From positions 22,601 through 86,600 of IMG/VR virus record IMGVR_UViG_3300030109_003951: 64,000 bases of DNA; one strand, 5' to 3'. Both the position numbers and the translations under genes were made by a program. The notes under the pieces are model-generated. The model had not been told where the DNA came from, did no database searches, and saw nothing but the letters and a program-made list of their open reading frames with translations. How positions within the stretch are numbered: position 1 is the stretch's first letter; every line of letters begins with the position of its first letter. Origin of the DNA: a virus. Shown one piece after another: positions 41,604-51,303 of this stretch.

Positions 41604-42001
41604 AATTTTGTCAACTCTTGATAATTCGTAAAATACTGTGGTGGTGCATATTCATCTATTCTGTTAGCAATCCAACAGGCACCTCCTATACTACTTATCT
41701 GAACTATCTCATATTGACCATCATTAATTTTAATTACTTCTTTTGTATTTATCTGTGGTGTCATTCCATACTTTTTAGTTATCTCTTGAGCAATCGTTTG
41801 TAAATTATCCACAACATACTTTACGATGTGCGCTCTTTGAATAGGAACTTTAGCATCTACAGTAATTGATAATTTACCAGACCATTCACAGGCTATACAT
41901 TTGTTACCATCACATATAGGACACTTTACTTCTGCTCCCACTGGTGCGGGAAACTTGACAGATATTACTTTCTTAGAATCCATCTCGTTCCTTCTCCGCA
42001 A
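41582..42001 (-). CDS. Zn-finger protein
   Basis: CPICDG..CIAC..SG. Confidence 0.6.
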   Translation of the reverse strand: MRRRNEMDSKKVISVKFPAPVGAEVKCPICDGNKCIACEWSGKLSITVDAKVPIQRAHIVKYVVDNLQTIAQEITKKYGMTPQINTKEVIKINDGQYEIVQISSIGGACWIANRIDEYAPPQYFTNYQELTKFCGGMEI

Positions 42002-43499
42002 TAATTACTTCTGTTGATAATATTAAATTTGCAATAGATGCTGCTACTCTCAATGAATTCATAGTAACCAAAACTGGGTCAACAATACCATGTTGTAAAT
42101 CTAAAAAGTCTTTAATCATTCTTTTGTTTTTAGCATCATAACCATAACCGTCAACAATATTTCTTTCATACTGACCATTGATTTTTTGACCTGCATTTCT
42201 AGCAATAATTTTCATAGGGTCTGATAATGCTTTTTTCAATGCTTCACATTTGATGTCACACTCTATAGTAGCAAGATTCAACATAAATCCTCCACCAGCA
42301 ATGATACCATCCTGTAATGCTGCTCTACTTGCATTTAATGCATCATCTAATCTTTCTTTTCTTTCGGTGATTTCTGTTTCTGTCATACCACCTACTTTTA
42401 TTACGGCCACCCCACCAGTTAATCTACCAAGTCTTGTTCTGAGTTTGTCCTTTTCCCAATCCTCTTTTACTTGTTCTAACATAGCATTAAGGTCGCCTAT
42501 TCTCTTTTGATATATTTCTTCGTTTGGCGGTTTACCAATTAAAACAGTACTGTATCTATTTACTACTGCTCTATCTAAAGTCCCTAAATCATCCTTTTTG
42601 ATTTTTCTTAAATCCATATCTAATGTGGACAAGTATGGGTTAGCCCCACAAATAGCAGCCATGTCTCTTAATAGTTCAACTTGTGTCGGCCCCCAATCTG
42701 GCGCACGAACCACACAACAATCTATTCTTTTTTGGACTATGTTTAACAAGATATTAGATAACGCACTACCTTCCATTTCTTTACATATAACAAGAAGTGG
42801 TTGTGAATTAGCATCTGCTATTTTTAATGCTGGTAATATATCTTCAAACTTTTTAATTTCTTTATCCGTTAATAATACTAAAGGATTTTTTAAAATCGCT
42901 TCCCCTGTAGAATCATCATTAATCATAAGATGAGATAAATACCCTTTGTCTATTTCTAATCCTTCTGTCATATTATATGTTGTTTGGTTTGTATCTGATT
43001 TTTCAACAGTGATTACACCATCTTTACCTATTTGTTTGAACACGTCATGAATAAGTTGACCTAACTCAGAATCATTGTTAGCAGCAATAGTAGCCACATT
43101 AGTAACATCTTCTAAATTACAAACACTCTTTTTATTGTATAAGAACTCACATACCTTTTCAATATCCTTTTCTAATAATTCGGTAAAATCTGAAACACGA
43201 CTATAATCATAATTTTGAACAATAGAATTAGCCAACACTGTTGCAGTTGTCGTACCGTCACCAGATTTAGATTGAGCGTTTTCTGCTGCCCCTAAAATTA
43301 AATCAATACCCATTTGTTCATAAGGGTCTTCTGACCAAACCTTCCTTGCAATAGTAACACCATCATTAATCACAATAGTTCTCCCATTACGTTTTAGTGC
43401 AACGGTTCTTGCTGCTGGCCCTAGTGTCGGGGCAACTGCTGTGTGTACTTTGTGTAAACCAGTTTTGAAAACCTCTCTTGCTTCGTCACCAATCAACAT
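41973..43499 (-). CDS. groEL: group I chaperonin GroEL-like
   Basis: TLGP, NDGVTIA, GDGTTTATV, GKDGVITVE, GGVAVIKVG. Confidence 0.92.
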   Translation of the reverse strand: MLIGDEAREVFKTGLHKVHTAVAPTLGPAARTVALKRNGRTIVINDGVTIARKVWSEDPYEQMGIDLILGAAENAQSKSGDGTTTATVLANSIVQNYDYSRVSDFTELLEKDIEKVCEFLYNKKSVCNLEDVTNVATIAANNDSELGQLIHDVFKQIGKDGVITVEKSDTNQTTYNMTEGLEIDKGYLSHLMINDDSTGEAILKNPLVLLTDKEIKKFEDILPALKIADANSQPLLVICKEMEGSALSNILLNIVQKRIDCCVVRAPDWGPTQVELLRDMAAICGANPYLSTLDMDLRKIKKDDLGTLDRAVVNRYSTVLIGKPPNEEIYQKRIGDLNAMLEQVKEDWEKDKLRTRLGRLTGGVAVIKVGGMTETEITERKERLDDALNASRAALQDGIIAGGGFMLNLATIECDIKCEALKKALSDPMKIIARNAGQKINGQYERNIVDGYGYDAKNKRMIKDFLDLQHGIVDPVLVTMNSLRVAASIANLILSTEVIIAEKERDGF

Positions 43500-43852
43500 A
43501 AAGTATCACCGCCTACTTCTATTGTTCTAACTAAAGGTATAACACAAAAAACATCTGTGTCTCTTACACATTTTAAACCTTGAACGTCAATTGCATTTCT
43601 AGGACTAAAATAACATTCTGCCCCAATAAAGGGATTTTCTGTTGAACCCTGTATGAACACTTCCTCTGGTGGAGTTTTCCACATCTCACCATTTTCATGC
43701 AAGGCCGTCATTATACCTTCTGCTATGTCTTTCACGAAACAACAATCTGCACCATAAGAAACTATTTTCCCACGATTGCCTTCTTCTACGAGAATGCCAC
43801 TTTCTTCTTGTTGTTCTACTTCTATCAATACCCATTTACCTACTGCTTTCAT
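43493..43852 (-). CDS. groES: GroES-like co-chaperonin with internal insertion
   Basis: MKAVGKWVLIE, SGIL, GKIVSYG, VRDTDV; directly upstream of groEL. Confidence 0.7.
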   Translation of the reverse strand: MKAVGKWVLIEVEQQEESGILVEEGNRGKIVSYGADCCFVKDIAEGIMTALHENGEMWKTPPEEVFIQGSTENPFIGAECYFSPRNAIDVQGLKCVRDTDVFCVIPLVRTIEVGGDTLC

Positions 43853-43964
43853 TTTTATCTCTCCTTTTTTCTAAACATTCTTGACTACAATATATTCTGC
43901 CATTTGTGTCTGGGACTCTTTCTTCCCCCCACAATATAGGATGGCGACACTCAAAACATTTCAT
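43836..43964 (-). CDS. TRASH/YHS-like Zn mini-protein (42 aa)
   Basis: CFEC...YCSQEC, read manually. Confidence 0.55.
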   Translation of the reverse strand: MKCFECRHPILWGEERVPDTNGRIYCSQECLEKRRDKNESSR

Positions 43965-44200
43965 TCTCCAGTGTCCTCCAGTGGGATGATGCCAATCACC
44001 CCATCTTCTTTAAGAGAATGATACATTCTAGCCGCAACGATGAATGCCTCTCCTGCATTTTTTGTCCAGAAGGTAGTTCTAGAAAATTCATCACTTGCCC
44101 AATCGACTTGATGGTTTTCTACTTCATCAACAGTGGCCACTGCTATTTTCCAATGACCATCTACCTTCTTAACAAAGATGAACATTATTCTTCCTCCCAA
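43961..44200 (-). CDS. hypothetical protein
   Basis: ORF coupled to the JAB gene. Confidence 0.55.
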   Translation of the reverse strand: MGGRIMFIFVKKVDGHWKIAVATVDEVENHQVDWASDEFSRTTFWTKNAGEAFIVAARMYHSLKEDGVIGIIPLEDTGE

Positions 44201-44715
44201 ACACCTGCTACAGTTGCCCCTTTATTAATTGGAACAAAAATTTCAAAGTGGGTATCGGTTTTTCCTTTAATCCAAGTCATCCGTTCTGCCCCACCTAATA
44301 CAATCGCTGAATCCATAATTGGCTCATAGGTATTGATTGTATTCCAATCCGTTCCACTAAAGTAAGCCTTACCAAATGGGTGAGTGTGAATCCAACATTT
44401 GATGGGCATTTTCATACCAGTAACTTCTTCATTATCGTGGAACCAAACAAATGAGCCAGTCCCGAAAGTAATGAATAATTTATTATTGCTGTCTATTACT
44501 ACTTGCACTTCTCTGTCACAATCAAATGCAGTTTTACTCATGTGCCATATAGAATCTAAAACATCTTGACCCGCTTTAGTATGTCTAAGATAATGAGTTA
44601 TTTCTTCTCTAAGATATTTATTTACATAACCCCAATCTAAGAATCGTTGCCATGCACTTTCTATTTCTTGTTTCCATTCTTGGTTAACTACCGTGTCTTC
44701 TAAATTCAAAACCAC
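44185..44715 (-). CDS. JAB/MPN+ (JAMM) metallopeptidase
   Basis: E (REVQ) plus WIHTHP....FSGTD JAMM motif. Confidence 0.85.
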   Translation of the reverse strand: MVLNLEDTVVNQEWKQEIESAWQRFLDWGYVNKYLREEITHYLRHTKAGQDVLDSIWHMSKTAFDCDREVQVVIDSNNKLFITFGTGSFVWFHDNEEVTGMKMPIKCWIHTHPFGKAYFSGTDWNTINTYEPIMDSAIVLGGAERMTWIKGKTDTHFEIFVPINKGATVAGVWEEE

Positions 44716-45257
44716 ACCACCATTTCATTGTCAACGTGGTCTTTACTAAACCACCGTTGAATCCACTGTGCGCCTAATCCAGCCACAACATAATGCATGC
44801 AGTTGATTCCTTTTGCTTTGCCATCCCAATCATTTCCTTGACAAGAAAAGTTACCATCTGGCCCTGCCAACAATTCATCGTATTTTTCAACTGGTGTTTT
44901 ATATGAGACAAGAATACTTCCTCTACCCTGTGCCCTTAAATCTAACCAAGGTTTATCATAACCATACAACAATCTTCTTGCTGTTAAATTATCAACACAA
45001 CACACAATCAAATCATATCCTTTGAGTTGACTTTTGGTTAATACAGCAAAAGGTTCACCTTTTACTTTGTTATACTTGGCCATTACATTTGCCTTTTTCA
45101 TTCCTACTTCACCTATCTTAAAGTTTTGATATGTGATATTTTTTTCTTCTACTGTGTCTGGGTCATATACTGTAATATCATATGTTCCTATCTTACTAAG
45201 AATAGGAATCAAGTTACTACCGATACCACCTGCACCAATTATCATTACCTTCTTCAT
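44706..45257 (-). CDS. ThiF/E1-like activating enzyme
   Basis: IIGAGGIGS, DPDTVEEKN, CCVDNLTARR, candidate catalytic Cys in FSCQ. Confidence 0.9.
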   Translation of the reverse strand: MKKVMIIGAGGIGSNLIPILSKIGTYDITVYDPDTVEEKNITYQNFKIGEVGMKKANVMAKYNKVKGEPFAVLTKSQLKGYDLIVCCVDNLTARRLLYGYDKPWLDLRAQGRGSILVSYKTPVEKYDELLAGPDGNFSCQGNDWDGKAKGINCMHYVVAGLGAQWIQRWFSKDHVDNEMVVWF

Positions 45258-45258
45258 T

Positions 45259-46140
45259 TTACCATGCTCCTTCTATTAATTGTTCTATTGTTATTTTTTC
45301 TACCATTTGCTTATTTAATCTGATTGCGTTTAATATATCACTGTAACCATAAGATACAGTTGCTTTACTTTTGTTGTTCTTCAATGCCATAGCCAGTGAT
45401 TCCATTGAAACTTTATTTCTACCAGTTTCCCCTCTTATTTGTAGAGTTAACCATATAACTCCTGCCATGAATCTTTTTCTTTTAGTATCTAGTAAGTCAC
45501 CTAAGTTATTTGCTAATGCATAGTAAACCCTTCTAACATCGTTAGCGAAAGCAAAAGATAAATCTAATTCGTGCCTAACTTTATCTATATCTGCCTCTGG
45601 GTTATATTGATATAAAACATGTGATTTACCGAAATGGTTCGCAACCTTTTTGGCCATGCGAATAATTCTCTTTTTGGGGACTTCTGTTATCTTAGAGAGG
45701 GTGCCCACATCTACTCGTATGTTGTTATCCTTTAACGTAAAGTAAGATAATCCTGCACATCTTTCTATGATTGAGTTTCCACGAAATACATGATTTTTTT
45801 GTAGACTATTATAATTTGTTTTAAATTCTAATCTTATGTCTGGGCTACTAGTGAACTCACTTAGAATCATCCAACCTTCATTGATTGCATCGAAGTTTCT
45901 ATTTTTACGATAATTAATAACTGCTCTATTACCCACAAAAGTTCTATTGTTGTTTGACTGGTCTGAGCCTAATCCATAATATTCGTCTTTATTGTGCATT
46001 ACTTCCCCATCATATGTAATCGCCATTACAGTTTCTTCAAGGTTTTCTACTTGGATATAACCACATACATCACAAACCCATTCACCAAGTCTGTCATCAA
46101 AGGTCATCCCTGCATACTTACATTCTTCACAACTTCGCAT
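45259..46140 (-). CDS. tfb: TFIIB/TFB-like transcription initiation factor
   Basis: Zn ribbon CEEC...GEWVCDVCG followed by two cyclin-like repeats. Confidence 0.8.
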   Translation of the reverse strand: MRSCEECKYAGMTFDDRLGEWVCDVCGYIQVENLEETVMAITYDGEVMHNKDEYYGLGSDQSNNNRTFVGNRAVINYRKNRNFDAINEGWMILSEFTSSPDIRLEFKTNYNSLQKNHVFRGNSIIERCAGLSYFTLKDNNIRVDVGTLSKITEVPKKRIIRMAKKVANHFGKSHVLYQYNPEADIDKVRHELDLSFAFANDVRRVYYALANNLGDLLDTKRKRFMAGVIWLTLQIRGETGRNKVSMESLAMALKNNKSKATVSYGYSDILNAIRLNKQMVEKITIEQLIEGAW

Positions 46141-47411
46141 TACTCTTCCTCCCATACATTTTCATAAGAATCAAAATCTTCTATCATCAACGGTGTCCTA
46201 CCAGATAACTTATTATCCATAGTGCTAATTATTTTTCTAGATTCTGAATCGTTCAAACATAACATAGCCCTAGCATAAACTTGGTCGCCTATAGAACTGC
46301 CACCCATTAGATTATCAATACAAACATTTACACCCCCATACTTAGAATAAAAATTATCATTTAATTTTTTTGTTCTGAGGGCTTCGGGGCTTTCTGGATT
46401 TTGAAGATGTGTAATCATAACAGTAGATACATCTTGTAAGTTACCTTCGTTCTTATTTTTTATTTCACCGAATATAAACCAATACGCTTCCTTTCCTTTT
46501 ACAATTACTTTAAGTTGGGAGCCATGTCTTCTAACTCTAATGTCATCAAACTTCTCTAAACTTCTAACCAACTCTAGGGATTTGTCCACGACAATTTTAT
46601 CTTTCCTGTTGTGTAATAAAAATTGAATCATTGTATTAAGTTGTGATTCTGAGGGATAGTCACCTATTGTATATTTCCAAAGATAGTTTGGGCTTATACC
46701 CCACCACTTACTTCTTCTGTTTTTTCTTTCACCATTGTAAATTTTGATAAAGGCCAACATATCTTTTTCTGACATTTCGCCCCATACATTATCACTTATT
46801 TCCAAAGCATATCTTTTACTGGATATTTTTTGAACATTAAGGAGAACCTTTTCTCTCCTGTGATAAGGTCTTGTTTCGTAAATGTCTTCTAAGGTTTCCA
46901 TGTCCAAACCAACTATTTTTTTAACATAGGTTACGTGATTAAAATAATATTCTATTCTCTCTTCAATTGCTCTTTTGATTAAATTTGGCGTTTCCATATA
47001 CTTATTGAAAAACAAATAAACATCACTACTATCTCTTTTAGAAGTGCCAGCGTACATTGCTGTTTTAGCAATAGTAACCAAAGCATCTTTCTTAGTCATA
47101 ATTTTGCCCATGAGTTTGAATCGACAATCATCCTTTTGTAAAACAAAGGGAAATCCATTGATGTAAAAAGTAACAACATAAGATACAGGGGCATTTGAAT
47201 ACCAATCACCATTAGGTAAATTTTTTTCCAACACCGTACAAAAGTTTTCAATCAAAGGGTCAACTTTAGAATATCTATCCACACTAGTTTCCCAACGGGA
47301 TTCTCTCATGTGACCTTGATACTTTAAACCGTTTCTCTCATCATCGTGTGGATAAGAGTTTACTTCATTGGTTTGTATCTGTATATCTATTTCTACTCCT
47401 CTTACTTCCAT
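46140..47411 (-). CDS. unknown protein in the ubiquitin-like cluster
   Basis: 423 aa; C-terminal VCID...GDQ..ARAMLCLND segment. Confidence 0.65.
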   Translation of the reverse strand: MEVRGVEIDIQIQTNEVNSYPHDDERNGLKYQGHMRESRWETSVDRYSKVDPLIENFCTVLEKNLPNGDWYSNAPVSYVVTFYINGFPFVLQKDDCRFKLMGKIMTKKDALVTIAKTAMYAGTSKRDSSDVYLFFNKYMETPNLIKRAIEERIEYYFNHVTYVKKIVGLDMETLEDIYETRPYHRREKVLLNVQKISSKRYALEISDNVWGEMSEKDMLAFIKIYNGERKNRRSKWWGISPNYLWKYTIGDYPSESQLNTMIQFLLHNRKDKIVVDKSLELVRSLEKFDDIRVRRHGSQLKVIVKGKEAYWFIFGEIKNKNEGNLQDVSTVMITHLQNPESPEALRTKKLNDNFYSKYGGVNVCIDNLMGGSSIGDQVYARAMLCLNDSESRKIISTMDNKLSGRTPLMIEDFDSYENVWEEE

Positions 47412-47581
47412 TATTTAGCACCATATGTTTTCGATTTGTAATTCTTTAAACACTTATCATGGAATCCTTTTCTTGCCTCTAAAGGATGCGTTAACTGTCC
47501 CCCGCATATCCTACATTTAGTTGCAATAACCTTGTCTGTTGAGCGTCTGCTCGTAACATACTCTGGGTCAAAGTCATCCAT
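47411..47581 (-). CDS. Zn-finger mini-protein (56 aa)
   Basis: CRICGG.L......G.H..C; AAGGTGA RBS. Confidence 0.6.
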   Translation of the reverse strand: MDDFDPEYVTSRRSTDKVIATKCRICGGQLTHPLEARKGFHDKCLKNYKSKTYGAK

Positions 47582-47595
47582 AAATATCACCTTTT

Positions 47596-47681
47596 AGGTA
47601 GGAAGAGAGCAAGACACGCACCGACAGAATTAACGTCACGACAAGACTGAAACATCTCTCTATTACTGTGTCAACCTACCT
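47596..47681 (-). ncRNA. structured element, copy 2
   Basis: Plus strand reads AGGTAGG-A-AGAGAG...CTCTCT-ATTACTGTGTCAA-CCTACCT. Confidence 0.55.
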
Positions 47682-47694
47682 CAATGTTTTGAGT

Positions 47695-47895
47695 TTAATA
47701 TCCCCCTACTAATGACGGCATCAAGTCAACAGTCTCTACTCCATCCCAATCATAATCTGAAAGGTTTTGTCTGCTGACGATTGTTCCATCAACGCAAACC
47801 CAATGTGTTGGGTAGTCACTGATGTAATCAATTATTTCTTCTGATGTCACCTCAATAGGTGTGTGTCCACTTGCATTTAATATTCTAAGTTGCAT
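47695..47895 (-). CDS. ubiquitin-like beta-grasp protein (SAMP/ThiS/MoaD-like) ending GG-Y
   Basis: 66 aa; VCVDG, VDLMPSLVGG plus Tyr; GAGGAG RBS supports start 47895. Confidence 0.8.
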   Translation of the reverse strand: MQLRILNASGHTPIEVTSEEIIDYISDYPTHWVCVDGTIVSRQNLSDYDWDGVETVDLMPSLVGGY

Positions 47896-47896
47896 A

Positions 47897-48181
47897 TTAT
47901 ATCTCCTCTGTGTTGTTGGTACTGCCACTAGTATATAAAGTGGAACGTTCATTTAACCTTGAGAATGCTATTCCTAGAGTCTTTTCATAGTGCAGAACTA
48001 ATTTACTTAAGTTCTCAACTTGTGCATTACCCTCTAATACCATCTGTGTTAATTTTTGGTTGTTCTGTACAGCAGTCTCTAATTGCGTAGTAGCAGTTAG
48101 TAACTTCTGGCTCGTCTCTTGTAATTGTTTTTCCATTTCTTTTTTGTTCATGTTTTCACTCTCCATCTTTTTCCTTTCCAT
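47897..48181 (-). CDS. coiled-coil protein
   Basis: Heptad pattern. Confidence 0.6.
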   Translation of the reverse strand: MERKKMESENMNKKEMEKQLQETSQKLLTATTQLETAVQNNQKLTQMVLEGNAQVENLSKLVLHYEKTLGIAFSRLNERSTLYTSGSTNNTEEI

Positions 48182-48933
48182 AATGAGCCTTTACTTAGAT
48201 TATCTTTAGCCCATAATGGTTGTAAGTTAGTATAATGAAATGCTATTCTTTGTTCTTCTATTTTACTTAAATCAAAGGAACTCAAAGGAATGATGTGGTC
48301 TATATGCCAACCTGTTCTTGACCAATTATCCCAAGTCATCCCTTCTTCCCATAGACTCTCTATATGTTTTTTAAGAACTGGTATATCTACTCCCACTAAT
48401 TTAATTGCTGATTCGGATTTTTTAACCCTTGATTTCCTAAGTAACCTACCTAAACTATTTCTTAAACTTACTCTTAATTTATGTTCGGGATTATTATGAT
48501 ACCTTTCATTAATTTTTTTATTGAGTTTTTCTTTATGTTTTTCACGATAGTTTTTATCCCATCCACTTTTTTGTTTTTTATATAATGTGGTTTTTTGCTT
48601 AGGCACTCTCCATGTATTATGAGCGCATGGTTTACAATAACTTTTTTTATTATAGAAAACTTTTCCACTATTATCATTTGGAAAATCATCAAGGATTTTT
48701 ATTGTGTCACAAATTCTACATCTTCGTTTTCCTATTTTTTGGAGTTGATGAAGTTCTTCTCTATAGGCCATTTCTTTTTTATATTTTTTATAATGTTCCT
48801 CACCTTTCGATTTGGCTTTATGCTCACTTCGACAACTCTTACATTCACCTCGCCTACTACCATACTTATCACCCACCAAATCAAAATTTTCTATGGGAAA
48901 AGTTTCCTTACATATCCTACAATTCTTTTTCAT
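48148..48933 (-). CDS. HNH homing-type endonuclease with Zn-finger repeats
   Basis: WHIDHIIP...HYTNLQPLWAKDNLSKG; two CxxC...CxxC units. Confidence 0.85.
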   Translation of the reverse strand: MKKNCRICKETFPIENFDLVGDKYGSRRGECKSCRSEHKAKSKGEEHYKKYKKEMAYREELHQLQKIGKRRCRICDTIKILDDFPNDNSGKVFYNKKSYCKPCAHNTWRVPKQKTTLYKKQKSGWDKNYREKHKEKLNKKINERYHNNPEHKLRVSLRNSLGRLLRKSRVKKSESAIKLVGVDIPVLKKHIESLWEEGMTWDNWSRTGWHIDHIIPLSSFDLSKIEEQRIAFHYTNLQPLWAKDNLSKGSLWKGKRWRVKT

Positions 48934-49193
48934 TGCTCATCAAACTCTTTCATCCTTAATTGTTCTTCTAAATACCCATTGAGTATGCTATCTATCTGAG
49001 CAAACATTTGCTTGTTAGCCCCTGCGATAGATTTGCGCTTTAGACTCAACCATATCTTGTGATGTAGATTAATCATGATTACCACTGTCATTTCATGCTC
49101 ATGTTGCTTGATGATAACTGGTGGCATATCCACATCTTCTATCAATCTAAATTCTACTATGTCACTTGATTCATCATTAAGTTCAAATCTCAT
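48930..49193 (-). CDS. hypothetical protein
   Basis: 87-aa ORF with RBS. Confidence 0.55.
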   Translation of the reverse strand: MRFELNDESSDIVEFRLIEDVDMPPVIIKQHEHEMTVVIMINLHHKIWLSLKRKSIAGANKQMFAQIDSILNGYLEEQLRMKEFDEQ

Positions 49194-49275
49194 TCCTCAA
49201 TCACCTCACTATCACACATTGAACAAAACCAATCTTGATTCATTGGGAAACTTGGGTGGCAAACACACAAATATC

Positions 49276-49692
49276 TCATTTTTTCACCTTGTATTTTTGA
49301 TTTCTACATTCAGCAGAACAGTATTTAATTTTAGGATTCCTTGTCTTTGGTGTAAACATTTTGTTACACGCTGGACATAGTTTCTGTTGAATAGGATTCT
49401 TATCTTTCCATTCGTTTCTTCTTGCTAAATCATACTCTTGTTTTTTTGACAACGCATTACCAGTTTTTCTTTTAGCAACAACATAATCTCTTTTAGCATA
49501 ATCTTTTTGTCTGAGGTATCTTCTCTTTTTCAAACATGCATCACAAAATCTTTTTTGCGGTTTGTATGGAAATACATCATCACACATTTCACACAATGTT
49601 AATTCTTTGTTCTCTATTTTACGATAGAGTTCATCTTCGTATTCCTCTACCTTCTTTACTAGTTTTTCATCTATCTCTATCATTTCTATCAC
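49276..49692 (-). CDS. Zn-finger protein
   Basis: CEMC...FCDAC and CPAC...YCSAEC. Confidence 0.65.
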   Translation of the reverse strand: MIEMIEIDEKLVKKVEEYEDELYRKIENKELTLCEMCDDVFPYKPQKRFCDACLKKRRYLRQKDYAKRDYVVAKRKTGNALSKKQEYDLARRNEWKDKNPIQQKLCPACNKMFTPKTRNPKIKYCSAECRNQKYKVKK

Positions 49693-49907
49693 TCTAACGG
49701 GTGTTTAATATTTTTATCCCCTAACACCCAACGTAAGGATTTAATTACTCCTTCCAATGCTTTGAATTGTCGCATGTGGAATATTCGTTCTTTCTTAGGT
49801 AACTCCTTGCTCATCTCCACTGAATGAAAGTTTTGCTTCCTCTCAGCCTTGTCGAGCATTGCCTCTATCTGCTCCCAACTTCTATCATAAGTAAAATGCC
49901 CATTCAT
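49689..49907 (-). CDS. hypothetical protein
   Basis: 72 aa, ALEGVIKSLRWVLG. Confidence 0.6.
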   Translation of the reverse strand: MNGHFTYDRSWEQIEAMLDKAERKQNFHSVEMSKELPKKERIFHMRQFKALEGVIKSLRWVLGDKNIKHPLE

Positions 49908-50031
49908 TTCAATAACCTCAATCCACCCATTTTCTTTGGGGAAGATTTTGCCAACCTTGTAGGTTTAACTAATCTGTTTGTAGGTCTATCATATTTCATT
50001 ACTTCTCTCTTGTATTTTCTCTTTACCATTC

Positions 50032-50256
50032 TTATCTCTCCTCGAATATTATAACACATGGAACTGGCAATCCTTTCTTCCTAGAAGATTCTGATTGCAT
50101 CAATATTCCTCTATGCCTTTTTGTTCCTTTTAAGCCATCATCTAGCACCTTTAACATGTCTTGTACTGTCTTACCCGCATCTGGGAAAAACTGAACGCAT
50201 TGCCTACCTTTTAGTTCGTGTATTTTCATACGACCTAATCCTGTAAAATCAATCAT
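50032..50256 (-). CDS. hypothetical protein
   Basis: Coupled ORF. Confidence 0.5.
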   Translation of the reverse strand: MIDFTGLGRMKIHELKGRQCVQFFPDAGKTVQDMLKVLDDGLKGTKRHRGILMQSESSRKKGLPVPCVIIFEER

Positions 50257-50461
50257 TCAAAAACGCCTCCCACATATCTTTTTTCATGTCTGGCCACATT
50301 TTATTAAACTCACTCATTTCTTTGCTATATGATTTTAATATAAGTGTTGATTCGCCATTTTCTATTTTATAAAGATTATAATTAGTACTAAGGTGGTTCG
50401 GGATGGTAATACCATAATAGTAGTTTCCTTTATGAGAATACACGTCATTTGATTCAATCAT
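50249..50461 (-). CDS. hypothetical protein
   Basis: Coupled ORF. Confidence 0.5.
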   Translation of the reverse strand: MIESNDVYSHKGNYYYGITIPNHLSTNYNLYKIENGESTLILKSYSKEMSEFNKMWPDMKKDMWEAFLND

Positions 50462-50784
50462 TCTTCTTCACCTCTCAATGGGCAAACCCACATACCCTCA
50501 TCATCATCATAAATCTCAATCTCATTATGACATTCACAGCGAATCTTTCTCCATCGTTTTGTGTCGTGATTCCATTCCAGATTGTAGTAATTCTGGAAGC
50601 AACAAGCACACCACCATTCATCGGATTTATTTGGATATTCAAACAAGGTGTCTCTGTCGTCATCTTCACATTCACACATCACACATACGAGAGGTCTATG
50701 ACCAACTCCCAACCATCTCTCAAACGCATCGGATTTGAAATATAGTGGATTCATTCTTCTTCCACCTCTATACAATCTAACCAC
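50458..50784 (-). CDS. Cys-rich Zn-binding protein
   Basis: CVMC, CACC, CEC...C. Confidence 0.55.
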   Translation of the reverse strand: MVRLYRGGRRMNPLYFKSDAFERWLGVGHRPLVCVMCECEDDDRDTLFEYPNKSDEWWCACCFQNYYNLEWNHDTKRWRKIRCECHNEIEIYDDDEGMWVCPLRGEEE

Positions 50785-50931
50785 TTATCACAACTCATAA
50801 TTGGTCGCAATTTCCCTAAACAATTACACTTCATTCTTGTTCACATCCTTGACTACAAACTGTTGAACCATAATAACATAGTTCGTTACAACCACTTACT
50901 TCACATTCTACTACATGTAAATTTTTACCCA

Positions 50932-51183
50932 TTAGGCCACCCCCATATATGTTGCAACTGGTAAGACTATACTCACTACCAATCCAACTACTTTCAACAT
51001 TGGATAAATTGAATCTGGCACACCCTCATAATCGCACTTTAATATAAAATCAAATGCTTCTTGATATGCTGTACAATAGTCAGTATTTCTTCCACTTCCA
51101 CTTCTTCCTAATGGCCCGTTTACTGATACCGACCAGCACCATTGACCATCTATATTATTCATTTTAATTTTACTGTTTGTCAT
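50932..51183 (-). CDS. hypothetical protein with C-terminal TM helix
   Basis: Hydrophobic C-terminus. Confidence 0.5.
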   Translation of the reverse strand: MTNSKIKMNNIDGQWCWSVSVNGPLGRSGSGRNTDYCTAYQEAFDFILKCDYEGVPDSIYPMLKVVGLVVSIVLPVATYMGVA

Positions 51184-51303
51184 TTTAATTTCCTCCTAAT
51201 TTGTTTAGGTGTTTGAAGAACACCCTTTACATAAATTAAATCATTCACAGATAATTTACAGTGAGTGCAATTTTTTAAATTGTGCGAATAGCACCATCTT
51301 GCA

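Noticed and set aside
43925-43930. G6 tract as a phase-variable frameshift
   Set aside because: On careful reading the 42-aa Zn-finger ORF is intact and in frame
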